Assembly (NCBI GenBank): GCA_030390025.1
Contig: CM059431.1
Span: 138,696,001 to 138,760,000 of the forward strand
DNA: 64,000 bases
Reading direction: 5' to 3'
Source: Squalus acanthias
Taxonomy: Eukaryota
Part shown: positions 49,030 through 61,080 of the stretch, one piece after another
How positions within the stretch are numbered: position 1 is the stretch's first letter
Layout of the letters: each line of letters begins with the position of its first letter
Translations under genes and position numbers: made by a program
The notes under the pieces: model-generated
What the model saw: only the letters and a program-made list of their open reading frames with translations
Told to the model about the DNA's origin: nothing
Databases searched by the model: none

Positions 49030-52000
49030 CTGGAGCTAGCACAGCCGGTCTACCTGTGTCCCCTCGAGTATGATGCCTGGAAGAGACCGCATGTTAAGAT
49101 GGAGGTAGAAAAGGTAGAAGGGAACTATCTGTTAGACACAGGAGCTTCGAGCACCCTCATTTATTCAGATAACCCAGCCACTTCACCTCTGTCTAACGGG
49201 GTCCCGTACAGCCTTGTGGGATTTACAGGTAACGAGCAGGCTGGCTCATTCTCCATCCCGCTGTCCATTCATTTGGGAACGCTCCACACCAAGTGGACCT
49301 GTGTCCTAATGAAGTGGGAGCAAGAAGTGAAGGGGATCCTGGGGGCCGACTTTATCACAGGCCACAGGATTTTAGTGGATTTAAGGAACCACTGTCTATG
49401 GGGAGCATGTACCCAAAAGGGTAGTGAGGTAGCAATCATCCCGGAGGCACAAGGCAAGGGGACCTTGTGCACAGTAAAACCAAAGGAGGGTTACGACCTC
49501 GAACTCATGGTCAGTCACACTCCAAGGGAGTACCAGGCATTTGTGCAGGAAAACCTCGCAGCATTTGCCACTCACAAGCACGACTGTGGGAGGGTAACCG
49601 GGGTCGAGGTTAGTGTAAGTGGGGACCCCATGAACCGCCCACCAAAGCAGTATAACTTCCCCAGGGAAACTTAGACAGACTTGGAATAGGCTTTTACTTT
49701 TTAAGTAAAGCAGGGGATATTGAGACCTATAGTTACCCACGTGAAAACCCCACTGAGGCCGGTTAGAAAACCAGACAAATCTGGAGGGCCACAGTAGACT
49801 ATCGAGTACTCAACCGAAACATCCCCGCCTGTGCCCCCACGGTTGCAGCCGTAGCCGACCTCATTGGAAGTATCCCGGCATCTGCGACCACCTTTACAGT
49901 GCTGGATATTTCCAACGGGTTCTGGTCCATCCCTCTAAGGAGAGAGGATCAGTACAAGTTCGCCTTTACATTTAAAGGCCAACAGTCCACATGGAACTGT
50001 CTGCCCCAGGGCTACCACAACAGCCCAAGCATGTTTCCCCAATGTATGGTGAATTGCTTGAATGACTTCAGCAGGCCCCGTCAGCTTGTCCAGTATGTGG
50101 ACGACCTACTCCTCTTTACCGATGAGGGAGAGGAACATGGTCCCCTTCTGGAAGAACTGCTGGAACTGCTCAGGCAAGAGGGCTTTACGGTAACCCCCAA
50201 GAAGGCACAGATTGGCCAGCGGGAAGTCAAATTCCTGGGCCTGGCTGAGCGAGCAGGGAGAGGGCCATTGACAAAGCTAGAAGGGAAGCAGATCAGGAGT
50301 TACCAGCCCCCAACACAGTTACAGGGGTAAGGTCTTTTCTAGGGCTAACTGGGTACTGCAGAGATTTCATTGAGGATTACGCAGCCACAGCAGCCCCTCT
50401 GCTCCGACTCCTACACAAGGGAGTGGAGCGGGTTTGGGATGAGGGTTGCGAGGCTGCCTTTGTGAAACTCAAGAGAGATCTGCAAACCGCACCGGCTCTA
50501 GGGGCCATTGATGGAGGGGTAGAGTTTTTCCTGGAGGTAGCAGCCAGTGGGGACAGTCTGAGTACAGTGCTGCTCCAAGAGAGGCATGGCAAGCTGAGAC
50601 CAGTGTTTACTTCTCCAGAATACTCACTGATGTGGAGAGGAGCTACTCCAACTGTGAGAGGCACCTCCTAGCCGCTCACTGGGCTGTGAAAAGATCATTG
50701 ATCTTCACAGGAACCTCTCCCATCACACTCCTCACTCACCACACGCCCACCCAGATGCTCTTGGATGGGAGAATTAAAGATGGGACAGTGAGCAGTGAGC
50801 AGTGCCCGCATTGCTCGCTGGACCCTGCTTCTCTCACAAATGGATCTGAGGGTAAAAGTTCTCTGCGAGCCAAAGCTCGCAGCAAACATGATTTACTCAG
50901 GGACAGCCCACCGGAGTTCCGTTGAAGGGGCATGGGAAGTCAACATAGGTTTGCGAGCTGGGATACACCCCACAGGCCGCGAAATCTATGTGGACGGTTC
51001 AAGCACAGTATCAGCTGGCAAACGACCCACAGGGTGTGGGATTTATGACCCAGAGGCAGGCATTGCTCTGGCAATCAAGCTCCCCAGCACCATGAGTGCC
51101 CAGCAGGCTGAACTGTCTGCGGTGGTGTATGTAGTCACACACCCCAAGGAATTCCCTACCCCATACACGATTTGCTCGGACAGCATGTTCACATGCAATT
51201 CGTGTACAGAGTACCTGGCCATCTGGTCCCTTCGTGGATACACCTCCGCCGATGGGAGACCCCTGGCCATCAAGCCTCTGTTGGAGAAAATCATGAAATC
51301 AGTAGGGGAGGAAGGTAGGGTATACATGCAAAAGGTGAAGGCCCATTCCAAGGTAAAGCCCCGCGCAGAGGGCAATCACCAAGCCGACATGCTGGCCAAA
51401 GAGGGCGCCAGTACAGGCACGTTGTGGGATCCATATGGATCAAACCCGGTAGCAGCAATCAGAGGCAGAGGAGGGACCCAAGGGAGTGCAGGGGTAGCAT
51501 TGACCCCGGACCTAAAGACGGTCCAGGCACGGGATCCCATCCTAAAAACTGTCCCGGAAACGCTGGCTACAGGGGAGAAGGTAGAGGGCCCTTACGGCGC
51601 AGCAGCCATCACCCGCAAAGAAGGGATGCTGTTCAGTGGGGAACAATGGGTAGTGCCGCAGCAGCACCGAAGGGAATTCCTCCAACTGACCCATGAGGGT
51701 CCAGGAGCGGGGCATCCCGGGACTGAGACTACTTGGCAGCAGGTGGAACAGGCAGGATGGTGGCCAGGACTGATGGAGGATGTCCGCGAGTTCTGTGCAG
51801 GCTGTCTGGTGTGTGCTGCTAACAACCCTGAGCCACAGAAAAGGAAGGTATCTATGGGACACATCAGGAGGGTAGAGGGACCATGGCAGTCGACCCAGGT
51901 TGACTACATCGGGCACCTACCCACCGCTCAGGGTGGCTACAAATACTGCCTAGTCCTGGTGGATGTGTTCTCAAAGTGGGTGGAAGCTTTTCCATGTCGA

Positions 52001-53194
52001 ACAGCTACCGCTTTGGGTACAGCCAGGATCCTGGTCAGGGAAGTGTTCTCACGATGGGGACTCCCACAGTAAGTGGAGTCAGACCAGGGGAGTCACTTTA
52101 CTGGGCAGGTCATGCAAGAGACCCTCAGGGTACTCGGCATAGAAGGGAAATGGCACGTCGCCCACAACCCACAGTCATCAGTGATTGTGGAGCGTTTAAA
52201 CCGTACCATCAAAGAAAGGCTGCGAAAGGAGATGGGAGACTCACCCAAAAAGTGGGTAGAAGCCTTACTGTTGGTCCTAATGGGGATCCGGGCCAGCCAG
52301 TCAAAAAGCACGGGGTATTCCCCACACCAGCTCATGACTGGCAGGATTATGCGGACCCCCACCCATGTGCTAGCCCCGGTGCTCACGGAAGGGCAGCTCA
52401 GGGAGTTGAAGCGGGACAGATTCGTCAGGAATCTGTTGGACCACCTTAAACAGGTCCACTGGCAGGCTGCGAGTAACATGGGAAAACAGCATCGGGGTAA
52501 CCGATTGCTGCTGGAACCCCGCAAGCACCACGAGTGGGAGGTTGGAGATCAGGTCATGGTGAGAAATTTTGCTCGGGTAGGGAGTTTCGAACCATTGTAG
52601 ATGGGGCACTACAACATTGTAGACAAGGCAAGCCCCATGGTCTATGCCATAAAGATGCCCCGCCGTACAAAGTGGTTTCACATCAACCAATGCAAACTGT
52701 TTAAACCTAAAAGGGAACAGCCGCCAAAGCTGGATGGCCCCCAAGTTAGAAATCCTCAGCCTGCCGCAGCTGTGGCAGACGCACAAGCTGCAGCGGGAGG
52801 GACAGTGCGTTGTCTCACAGGAGAGGTCACTCCACCGATTATGTGGGACTCAAGCACACCCCCAGTGGCCAGAGCCCTAAGAAGGTCTCCCCGCACACCA
52901 CAGCAAAGGCTACTGTGGCCACAGGTGTATCTGTTTAGAGGGTCCCACCCAAAGAGGGTTGCAACCCGAAAAAGAGCGCCCAAGAGCAGGGAGCGTCCTA
53001 AAGTTGGGGATTCTCAGCCTACAGCCTCCAACAGTGAGGGTTTCACAGGAGAGGTAGTACTGGAAGAAGAAGAGAGAGAAGGGTCCCCCGCCCGCAGCCT
53101 CCGGCTGGGAGGAGCCCACAGATATGAACGAGGGCGCTGCAGCCACACAAAAGGGGGTAGTCTGCTGCAGCACAGGACGCAGCTGGGATGTTAA
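49030..53194 (+). pseudogene. pol: pol (protease, RT, tether, RNase H, integrase) with stops and frameshifts
   Basis: LLDTGAS/ILGADF; LDISNGFW, LPQGYHNSP, YVDD; tether FFLEVAAS..CERHLLA; RNase H YVDGS, AQQAEL, SDS, KVKAHS, GNHQAD; integrase HHCC, VDYIG, SDQGSHF, ERLNRTIK. Confidence 0.92.
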
Positions 53195-53499
53195 GATACC
53201 CCCAGCGGTTTTGAGGAAGGCCTTCTGTGTCCGGCGGTACAGGCCGCACTACACCCAGGTGTACAAGCCATCCAGAGGCCACATAAGGCAGAGACTAAAC
53301 AGGATTTAACCTGGCCGTCCGGAGACGGGCGGCAAATGTACAGAATTTTTCGGTTTTAAGTAATTGCAGTTTTGGTGGTTATGGTTATCACTAGTTTAGT
53401 TGTTTGTAGAGTTTTTTTTAATTTTAAGGGCTTGATTAATTATCCAGCCAGAGAACCTTTCTGGGACATGGATATATGTTTTGTGTGTGCCCCTACAGA

Positions 53500-55862
53500 A
53501 TGGACTTCGGGATGACAAGGTTTCTGCTCCTGCTCGCCCTCGTAGGGGTGAGCATCGGTGACCGAGGTGACGTGGAGGACTCCCACATCTATGAGTGCTC
53601 AGGAGTGAGAGCACCAGTCGTCACCACAGGGGGTGGCGAGCGGGGAGTGGAGGAGCTCGCCATCTACTTCCACGAGGGAAGGTGGCCAGGGTGGCTGGGG
53701 TCCAACTCTACTAAATACTCCAACCAGCCCGGGTTCACGTACGGGGAGGCCTCCCTCCCATGCCCCAGAATACAGGTCGTTGCCACAAGGGTCAGTGTCA
53801 CCGAGGGGAAGCGTGTGTGCCTTACCTGTAAGGGACGAATTCCTTGAATAGGTGGTGGTGGCTCAGGAAGCTGAGCATGGACGCAGGGGACAATACAGCC
53901 GACTGGGAAAGATTAGGGAACGACACCCACCGGACAATCACAGGGACCCAAGGAGGAGTTAGTGTTTGTTGGGATAAGTGGTGGGTGTCGGAACAGGGAG
54001 TCTATATTTGTATGTGGGGATCAGAGGAATCCTGCCCCAAAGGGGTATCCATCATCATCTCCAGCCAATGGAAAGATGCCGGGGAGGGGATAGGTTGGGA
54101 TTCTAGCCTGCATGGGTGCGTGGTCCCACACATTCCGATCCCAGTTAATGCCACTGAACTCGTGGCACACACCCGAAAGCCCCTACCCACGACCCAGGTA
54201 CCGAAACCCTGGAAGAAAAGTGCCCTACCCACGACCAAGGGACCAGGGAATGGGTTAGTCCTAGTACCAAACGAAAAGGTACTATACCAGGGGGTACACT
54301 ATGCAGTAGCTTCAGTAATATTAAACCTTACCGAGGTATACTTACCTGAGTGGTGTCCTAAGGAGACGGAGCAGCTGTACCTGGCCCTGCTAAAGGAAAT
54401 GTTTTGAAATTTTACGAATTTGGTTTTGCCAATATAGACAAAGTAGAGCTATACAGAATACACACTGATAACCCTATGGGCACGGGTAGACAAATAAGGG
54501 GAGCCTGGAATGATGTCTTCACTGCCTACAGTACAGGGTCCTCTGTAATAAATAGCCTGGATGAGATGGAATTACAGACACAGATAAATGGTTTAAAACC
54601 CAGTTAAGAAAGATCCTGAAGGATGGGAACACAGTGGTAGGCTCAGAGCTACATGAGGACCAAGCTATGACGGTTCATTTAAAGGAAATTATTGCAGAAT
54701 TGGAAAGGCATGCCAAAACAGTAAATGCACTGATACGGGAGGATAGGAATGCATCGGATCAGGCTGCACAGAATGAGGTGCGTGTGCTGTACGGGGCATG
54801 GTTGCTGGGCGAGGGCCCTAGCAACCTGGAGGATTTAAAGCAAGGTTTAGTCCCCTCCTGGATCAGCAACAAGCACCTTGCAGCCCTCCACCCGTTTAGT
54901 AATTCGCTGAGCCCATGCCAATTTCGACTAGCCTCTGAAGTCTACCCTGTCCCAATAGATTGTGGGCGTTCAAATCACACTATCATGGGGATAGTAGTGA
55001 GAATGCCGGTCATGAGTGGGACAGCCCGACCCGTACCGGTATATAGGGTGGAGAACATTGGAGTCATTCAAGGGGGTGCACACATCCGTTTTACAGCGGT
55101 CCACCTTAAGTCATAAAGTGGGAGCACGCCATGACAGGTACTGACCTCTCCGGGTGCCGGAACCGTGGTTCACACATAATACTGTGTCCCCAGCACTTGA
55201 ACGCCTATTCGAAACCACAGTGTGGGTTTAAAGCTGCTGGCGCACGACCTATCAATTGTACCATGGAGGTGATGGCACACGGCCATGTTTCCCCACAGGT
55301 AACATATATAGGGGGTGGGACATATTGTGTCACCACAGGTGCGTCCCACTACCAGCATGGACACTTCTGGTGTCCGGTAAGTGACAGCAGTTTCTGCTTT
55401 AAACCCGAGGCAGAAGTTCAAGTGGCCCAGGAACGGATTGTCCCCATTCCTGAACCCTCCACTGTTCACCTCACTGTAACAGAAAACATAACCAACCTGC
55501 AAAAGTATGTGACTTACTTTGGATATAAAATTCCCCCACTACCCGAACATCTTACCATCCTACTTAAAGCTGTAGAGATTTCACAAAAACATTTCTACAC
55601 CCTGGAACAGAAAACAGTTGAAATAGGGGCAGAGATTTTGGATATAGTAGTTCCACCCTGGTGGGATATTTTCGGGAATATAGAGGTCCCGTCCTGGATC
55701 AGGATGGCTTTCCATCTTTTGGTGGTCTGCCAGCTCGGGATAGTTCTCTACCTGCTGTGTACAAAGTGCAGGGGAAGGGACGGGGAGCTCCGCTCCAGAC
55801 ACGAAGGGACTTGTGAAGTGCATCAGAATAAAGGCTATGGCCAGGGATGGAACGAACCTTGA
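53500..55862 (+). pseudogene. env: env-like class I fusion glycoprotein with Ig-like domain; four frameshifts
   Basis: Splice acceptor ...CCCCTACAG just before the ATG; signal peptide MDFGMTRFLLLLALVGVSIG; RQIR cleavage-like site at 54488-54499; heptad region; Cys-rich block; TM WIRMAFHLLVVCQLGIVLYLLC. Confidence 0.82.
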
Positions 55863-56137
55863 ATTTCGTCTTTTAATTAAAAAAAAATTGTATGTGTGTT
55901 GTGTCATTTTTACGATGTGTATGATGTGTTTTTTTCCAAGCTGTGCAGGGGTGTCGGACCCTCTCCGTGCTTGGATGTGAAATAAAGATTGATTCTTACC
56001 TGTATTTACCTGAAACACCACTTTCAAAAGGGGAATGAATGTTTGGGTTTTTAGTTTAGGTAATACAGGGGAAGGTTGGTTTTCGGGGATCGGAAATTTT
56101 GCTCACCTGTTAATGATACTAAGTCAGTGTTAGTATC

Positions 56138-56148
56138 AAAGTGGGGGA
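56138..56148 (+). promoter_or_regulatory. Polypurine tract
   Basis: AAAGTGGGGGA immediately before the 3' LTR. Confidence 0.8.
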
Positions 56149-57241
56149 TGTGGGCTTCGCAAAATCCCCCAGAAACTCGAACAGAGCCCTAAATGGAGTG
56201 ATTTTTGGACTTTTCATACAAACTTGGGATGATGGGACCTCAATGAAGTGATTTGATGTAAAAACCTAAGACCACAAGAAGAAAACCTTGAGGAAACTGA
56301 CTTTTCGAATCTTACAGGGGAAAGACGCCTTCACAGACACACAGGCTGCAGAGGGGCGTGGCCAGGCAGTGCAGTAAACTGTGGACAAAACCAAAAAAAA
56401 ATCACAAACACATTCAAATATGGATCCCCAGGGGCAAACAAGATGCCGGTAATCTAAAAACGATTCAATGACAATATAATTTCGATCACACAGTTTCATA
56501 GCCATTATTCCATCCAAAAAATACAATCAATCAGGTATGCAGAGAACCGATTTAAAAGCCCGCCAAACAGAAGGACAATAGAGTGAAGATTTGGCGCGTA
56601 GATAAGGCGGTGTTTAAATCGGAAAGCGATTAACACTAAGCAAAAACCATCGGAGTTGGCCAGCCCGCCAAAAACGAGACAAAGGGTCATTTACATTCAA
56701 AAAGGAATTTGTTTTAGTAAGGGGTTTTGAGCGCGAACAAAGATACAGTATAATTTGAAAGCCTGTGCCATAATCTCTCTCTCTTTGGACTGACTGGCGA
56801 CGTGAACACAGCTCTCTCCCTGCTCCAGCAAAACTTACCACAAGCCACGAGGAAGAAAACCAGCTCGCAAGAAGAAACCATAAGGGCCTTCCGGAGTCCT
56901 TTTAAACATAAAGACTCTAATATCCTGTCAATGACTCGTTGGTGAGCATTATCCCTGATCTCCTGAAACGAAAAACCTAGCCAGATAGTGGGATATTTGG
57001 GAGGGATAAGGTTTTGTTTCATATATTGTCATTTCCCTCGCTTGTACCGTGTGTTCCCCGAATCTGTGTTTAAGTAATAAGTGTGTTTTCAAGTTTGTTA
57101 CCTTTTTCATTTAATAAAGTAAATTTCTTTCATCAGAACCTGTTTACTGCAATTTTGTTCACAACCCCTAAATAAGCCCAAAGTCTAGGAACCAGAGGGG
57201 TGTTGGTCGATTCGAACCGCTCACTTAAGATACCCCTTACA
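56149..57241 (+). repeat. 3' LTR (1093 bp)
   Basis: Starts TGTGGG, ends CTTACA; collinear with the 5' LTR with substitutions and a ~45-bp net deletion near 56850-56880. Confidence 0.95.
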
Positions 57242-57720
57242 GTTATTAAAGATTGTGTCCCAACGAAGCCATTTAGTGAGGAAACTATAGATAGTCCAAA
57301 CGGAACAGTGGCACAGCACAGCAGGTGAGCAATTGGAGGCGGTCACAACAAATTAAGGCCAGCAAAGAGCAGAAGTTCCTGCGTATAAATTCTCAGCGAG
57401 ATGTGGCCTGGACCCAGCCATTACATCACGATCAAGTCTTCAGCAAGGCGGCAACAATTATTAGTCTTCTGCAAAAAGAACAGTCAACCTTTGAACACTC
57501 CTCAGATTGCAGAAAGCCTACTTCCGTCCAATCCTGCCCAGACTTCATAGAGCCTGGTGCGCCCTGAGTCAGACACACATCAAAGGGCCGCAAATTATCG
57601 AAAACTGAGCTAAAAGGACAATGTGTTGTGCCCCATGCTATATTTACTCAAACAGTCTGCACATCCATGGATCCAAACCCTGGAAATAAAGTTCATTAAA
57701 CTCCACCAGAGATACTTGCA
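57242..57720 (+). repeat. Dispersed or long-period repeat, copy 1 (copy 2 at 63558-64000)
   Basis: GTTATTAAAG..TGTGTC, AGCAAAGAGCAGAAGTTCC, TATAAATTCTCAGCGAGATGT, CAGACACACATCAAAGGGCCGCAAATTATCGAAAA shared. Confidence 0.88.
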
Positions 57721-58199
57721 GAGCGAAAAAAGACAGGATTATTTTGTATATTTGCAACTCCGCACTGTGGGCGTGCAGCAGGCCGGGGCGATTTGCCAAT
57801 ATTCAGTCAAAGAGATGAGCCTGCTAGACAGAATCAATCGCACGTAATCCAAACAACCATGAAACCAGATTGACACATTCCAGTGTATCTGATATAAAAA
57901 CATGTTGTTTAAAAATGGGAACAAACAATGGACGTGACTGTAAATCTCCCAAAATTACTAATAAAGCTGTCTCTCCTTCGTTCTCACTTTCCATTGCCAG
58001 CTGGCATCATCCCTGCCAAAGACAACACGGGCCTTGGGAAAGTATATTCACTGAAAAAGGACCTGCAGTTGTGCTGACAAACAAAGGGGTATTCAGAGCA
58101 CGTGATTGAAACAATAAATAAGGGAACTATAATATCGACCAATCGACAACACTGCAGCATCAACTCAGGACAAGACTCAGGCAATTCCAGACCAGCCCA

Positions 58200-61080
58200 A
58201 CCAGAAAATTCTTCCTGACTACCATCTGGGGACTGGTGCTAATTTGGAAGAGCTCCCCCACAGATTGCTCAAGCAACAGCTTGATACAGATTATATTTAC
58301 AAAGGCAGTCTCCCAGACTACTGCATGTGTTGTGAGAGTACTGGCAGTGTGGAGTGACCTACTTGATCACATCTTCAATAATGCACCAGTCAGAGACACG
58401 TCTGTAGACGATTGCTTTCATCGATGTAACCACCTTCTTTGACAAGGCCTGGACTCCACAATGAGAACACTCTCTATTGTGCAGTTCTACCAGTGAGGCA
58501 ATAGCTAGTAGCCAGATACTGGGCGTACATAAGGTGTTGTGGGCCGTTCAAATTCGCAGAATTATATCCCTCGACAATGTCTGATGCCTGACCTATACAA
58601 TTCTACAATCTACCGGCACCATAATGTAAAAATTTCAACTATGGGTTTAATTAGGGACAATTAAATAACGTGACAGTAACAACAGCATTGAAACTGAGAA
58701 TAAGGCACTAACTTAGTGAAACTACAATTAAACCAAAAACGGCAAAAGCACAGTGTTGCAGATCAAGTTAATGTGTTCCACGGCCAAACAATAAGAACTA
58801 AGCGTACACTGCCTACCACATCCATTTATTAATGGGAGTGGCAACAGGAGATTATTAAGCAGGGGCGGGTCCAAGACACCCCGGTGATGGAAACAAGGCT
58901 TCAGTGTTCGAAGCAGATTCAGCCAAAAGTGAAATTTTAACGAGCAAACGTGGCTCCCATTAGCATTCAGCCCAGCGTCAAGCCATTGGAGATCTCCCCA
59001 CGTGACATTAGGAAGCACTGGAAGAAACTGACCACAGAGATAATGGGTCCTAACAGAACCCTAGTTAAGAACATAATAACATAAGAAATAGGAGCTAGAA
59101 TCTGCCATTTGGACATTCAATAACATCATGGCTCATCTTCTACCTCAAGTCCACCTTTCACAATAGTCCCATATTGTTTGGTTCCCTTAGTATCCAAAAA
59201 TCCATCTCTGTTCTGAAAATATACTCAACGAATGAGCATCCACAGCCCTCTGGGGTAGGTAATTGCAAGGATTCACAGCCCTCTGAGTGAAGGCATTTCT
59301 CCTCATCTCGAACCTAAATGACTGACCGCTTAATCTGAGAGAGTGACACCTACTTCTAGACTCCCCAGCCAGGGGAAACATCATCCAAACATTTATCCTG
59401 TCAAGCCTTAAGAATTGTATACGTTTCAATGAGATTACCTCTAGGGAATATATGGATAGTCTCCTCAATATCTCCTCATAGGACAATCCCACCTCCTTCC
59501 CATCCCAGGAATAAGTCTGGCAGGCCACCGTTCCACTCCCTCTAAGGCAAGTATATGCTTCCTCAGGTAAGGAGACAAAAACTGTACACAGTACTCCAGG
59601 TGTGGTCTCACCAAGGCCCTATATATTTACAATAATTTTTCTTTATCCTACACTCCAATCCATTTGTAATAAAGGCAAATATAACATTTGCTTTCCTAAT
59701 TGCTTGATGTATCTGTCTGTAGTTACTAAGACCTGCCTAAAATAATTAACCACCACCACCCCCACAGCCAGTCTATTCCAGTACAGCTGTGGTAATAGTA
59801 TACCTGATAACATAAGAAATTGCCGACATCTGTTCAGTTCATTGGAAAATGACACAATTTACAAAGCCGATTTTTGCCCTATTAATATCTTAATAATCAT
59901 CAATACAGTGATAAAATTAGTCAATTGTAGAACTATCGAGGTCATCTACAAAACAATATTCGACTCGCCAACAATCAGTTCCTGCTCAGCCTGGACCGCT
60001 CAGCTCCAAACTTCATCACAGCCTTGATCCAGACCTGGATATAAGAGAAAATGCGACACGAAATGTGAGATTAACTTCCGTAGACATGAGTGCAGATCCG
60101 ATCGAGGACAACATCAAGAAGCCCTGTTAAACCGTATGTAATAGTTATCGGGGGTATAAGGGAATCATTATCAGTAAAATGGGCATGGCTGTTAGAGGGC
60201 AAGCATCACAATTGGACTTTCTCAGGGCTACACCCTTCGTTAGGTACAATCATAAATAACAATCGCTCTGTCATAAGTTCAGGAATCGATCCGTTCTCTG
60301 TTAATTCAACAGTGCCCTGCTCCATTTCCAAAATAATGAAGCAGCCCATGAGAGCCTATTTCAGGACAAGAACACTTCCCAGGCGTGGGCTAACAAGAGG
60401 CAGGTATTTTTTGTGCGATGTCAGTGCCGGGCAATTACCAAATCCAACAGGAAAAGTCACAACAAAACCCCCCAACTTTTTGCGGCAACAAAATCACCTA
60501 CTGCCGCACCATCAACATCCTGGATATGCTCATTGACCAGAAGATTAACGGCACCTGCTGTGTCAACACTGCAGATGAACGCCAGAGGCTGTGCTCTCCA
60601 CGATATGTGTCTCTCTTCCTGATCTCTGAAAACCTCTTCACTAGGCCTCAAGTTAGGAATGTGATGGAATATTCACCACTCGTCTGAAATGGTTACACGC
60701 ACAACACCAGCCATGAAGCTCGGCGTCATTCAGGGCAAAACATTCTGCTTGATTCAAATCCACAATATCCACACCGGTCACCATCAGTGCACTATTGCTG
60801 CAGTCTGTATTATCCACTGCAAATCACCAAGCTTAAATTAATATCACCGCTCAGAGCAGCTCTCTCTATCATTGATAAGGATAAGGGCAGCAAAGTCTTG
60901 AGATACCCACTGCCCCAATCTTCCCTGTAAGTCACAGGCTATCCTGACCTGAACACATATCATGGTTCCTTCATCATTGCTGACTCAAAATCCTGCAATT
61001 GGATTTTTCAACGTCACCACAGGATTGCAGCGGTTCAAAAAGACCAACAAGGACCTATTTGAGGCAGCGACAGACAAAAG
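58200..61080 (+). mobile_element. Ancient, highly decayed LINE (CR1/L2 superfamily) remnants
   Basis: Endonuclease-start-like ELPHRLLKQQ at ~58250; RT-like SAPNFITALIQTW at ~60000 and QVRNVMEYSPLV at ~60650. Confidence 0.55.
59070..59710 (-). mobile_element. CR1 LINE 3' end
   Basis: YRALVRPHLEYCVQF, MFPLAGESRSR, FTQRAVN; tail ACATAAGAAATAGGAGC. Confidence 0.85.

Larger units (their letters stand above)
46071..57241 (+). mobile_element. Defective endogenous retrovirus-like element (lokiretrovirus-like): LTR-PBS-gag-pol-env-PPT-LTR
   Basis: Two ~1.1-kb TG...CA direct repeats enclosing gag (CCHC), PR-RT-tether-RH-IN and an env-like gene; the loki assignment is inferred from architecture only. 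Confidence 0.9.

Noticed and set aside
47706..52983. Many antisense ORFs within the ERV (and likewise within the LINEs)
   Set aside because: Expected shadows of GC-rich coding sequence; no independent motifs
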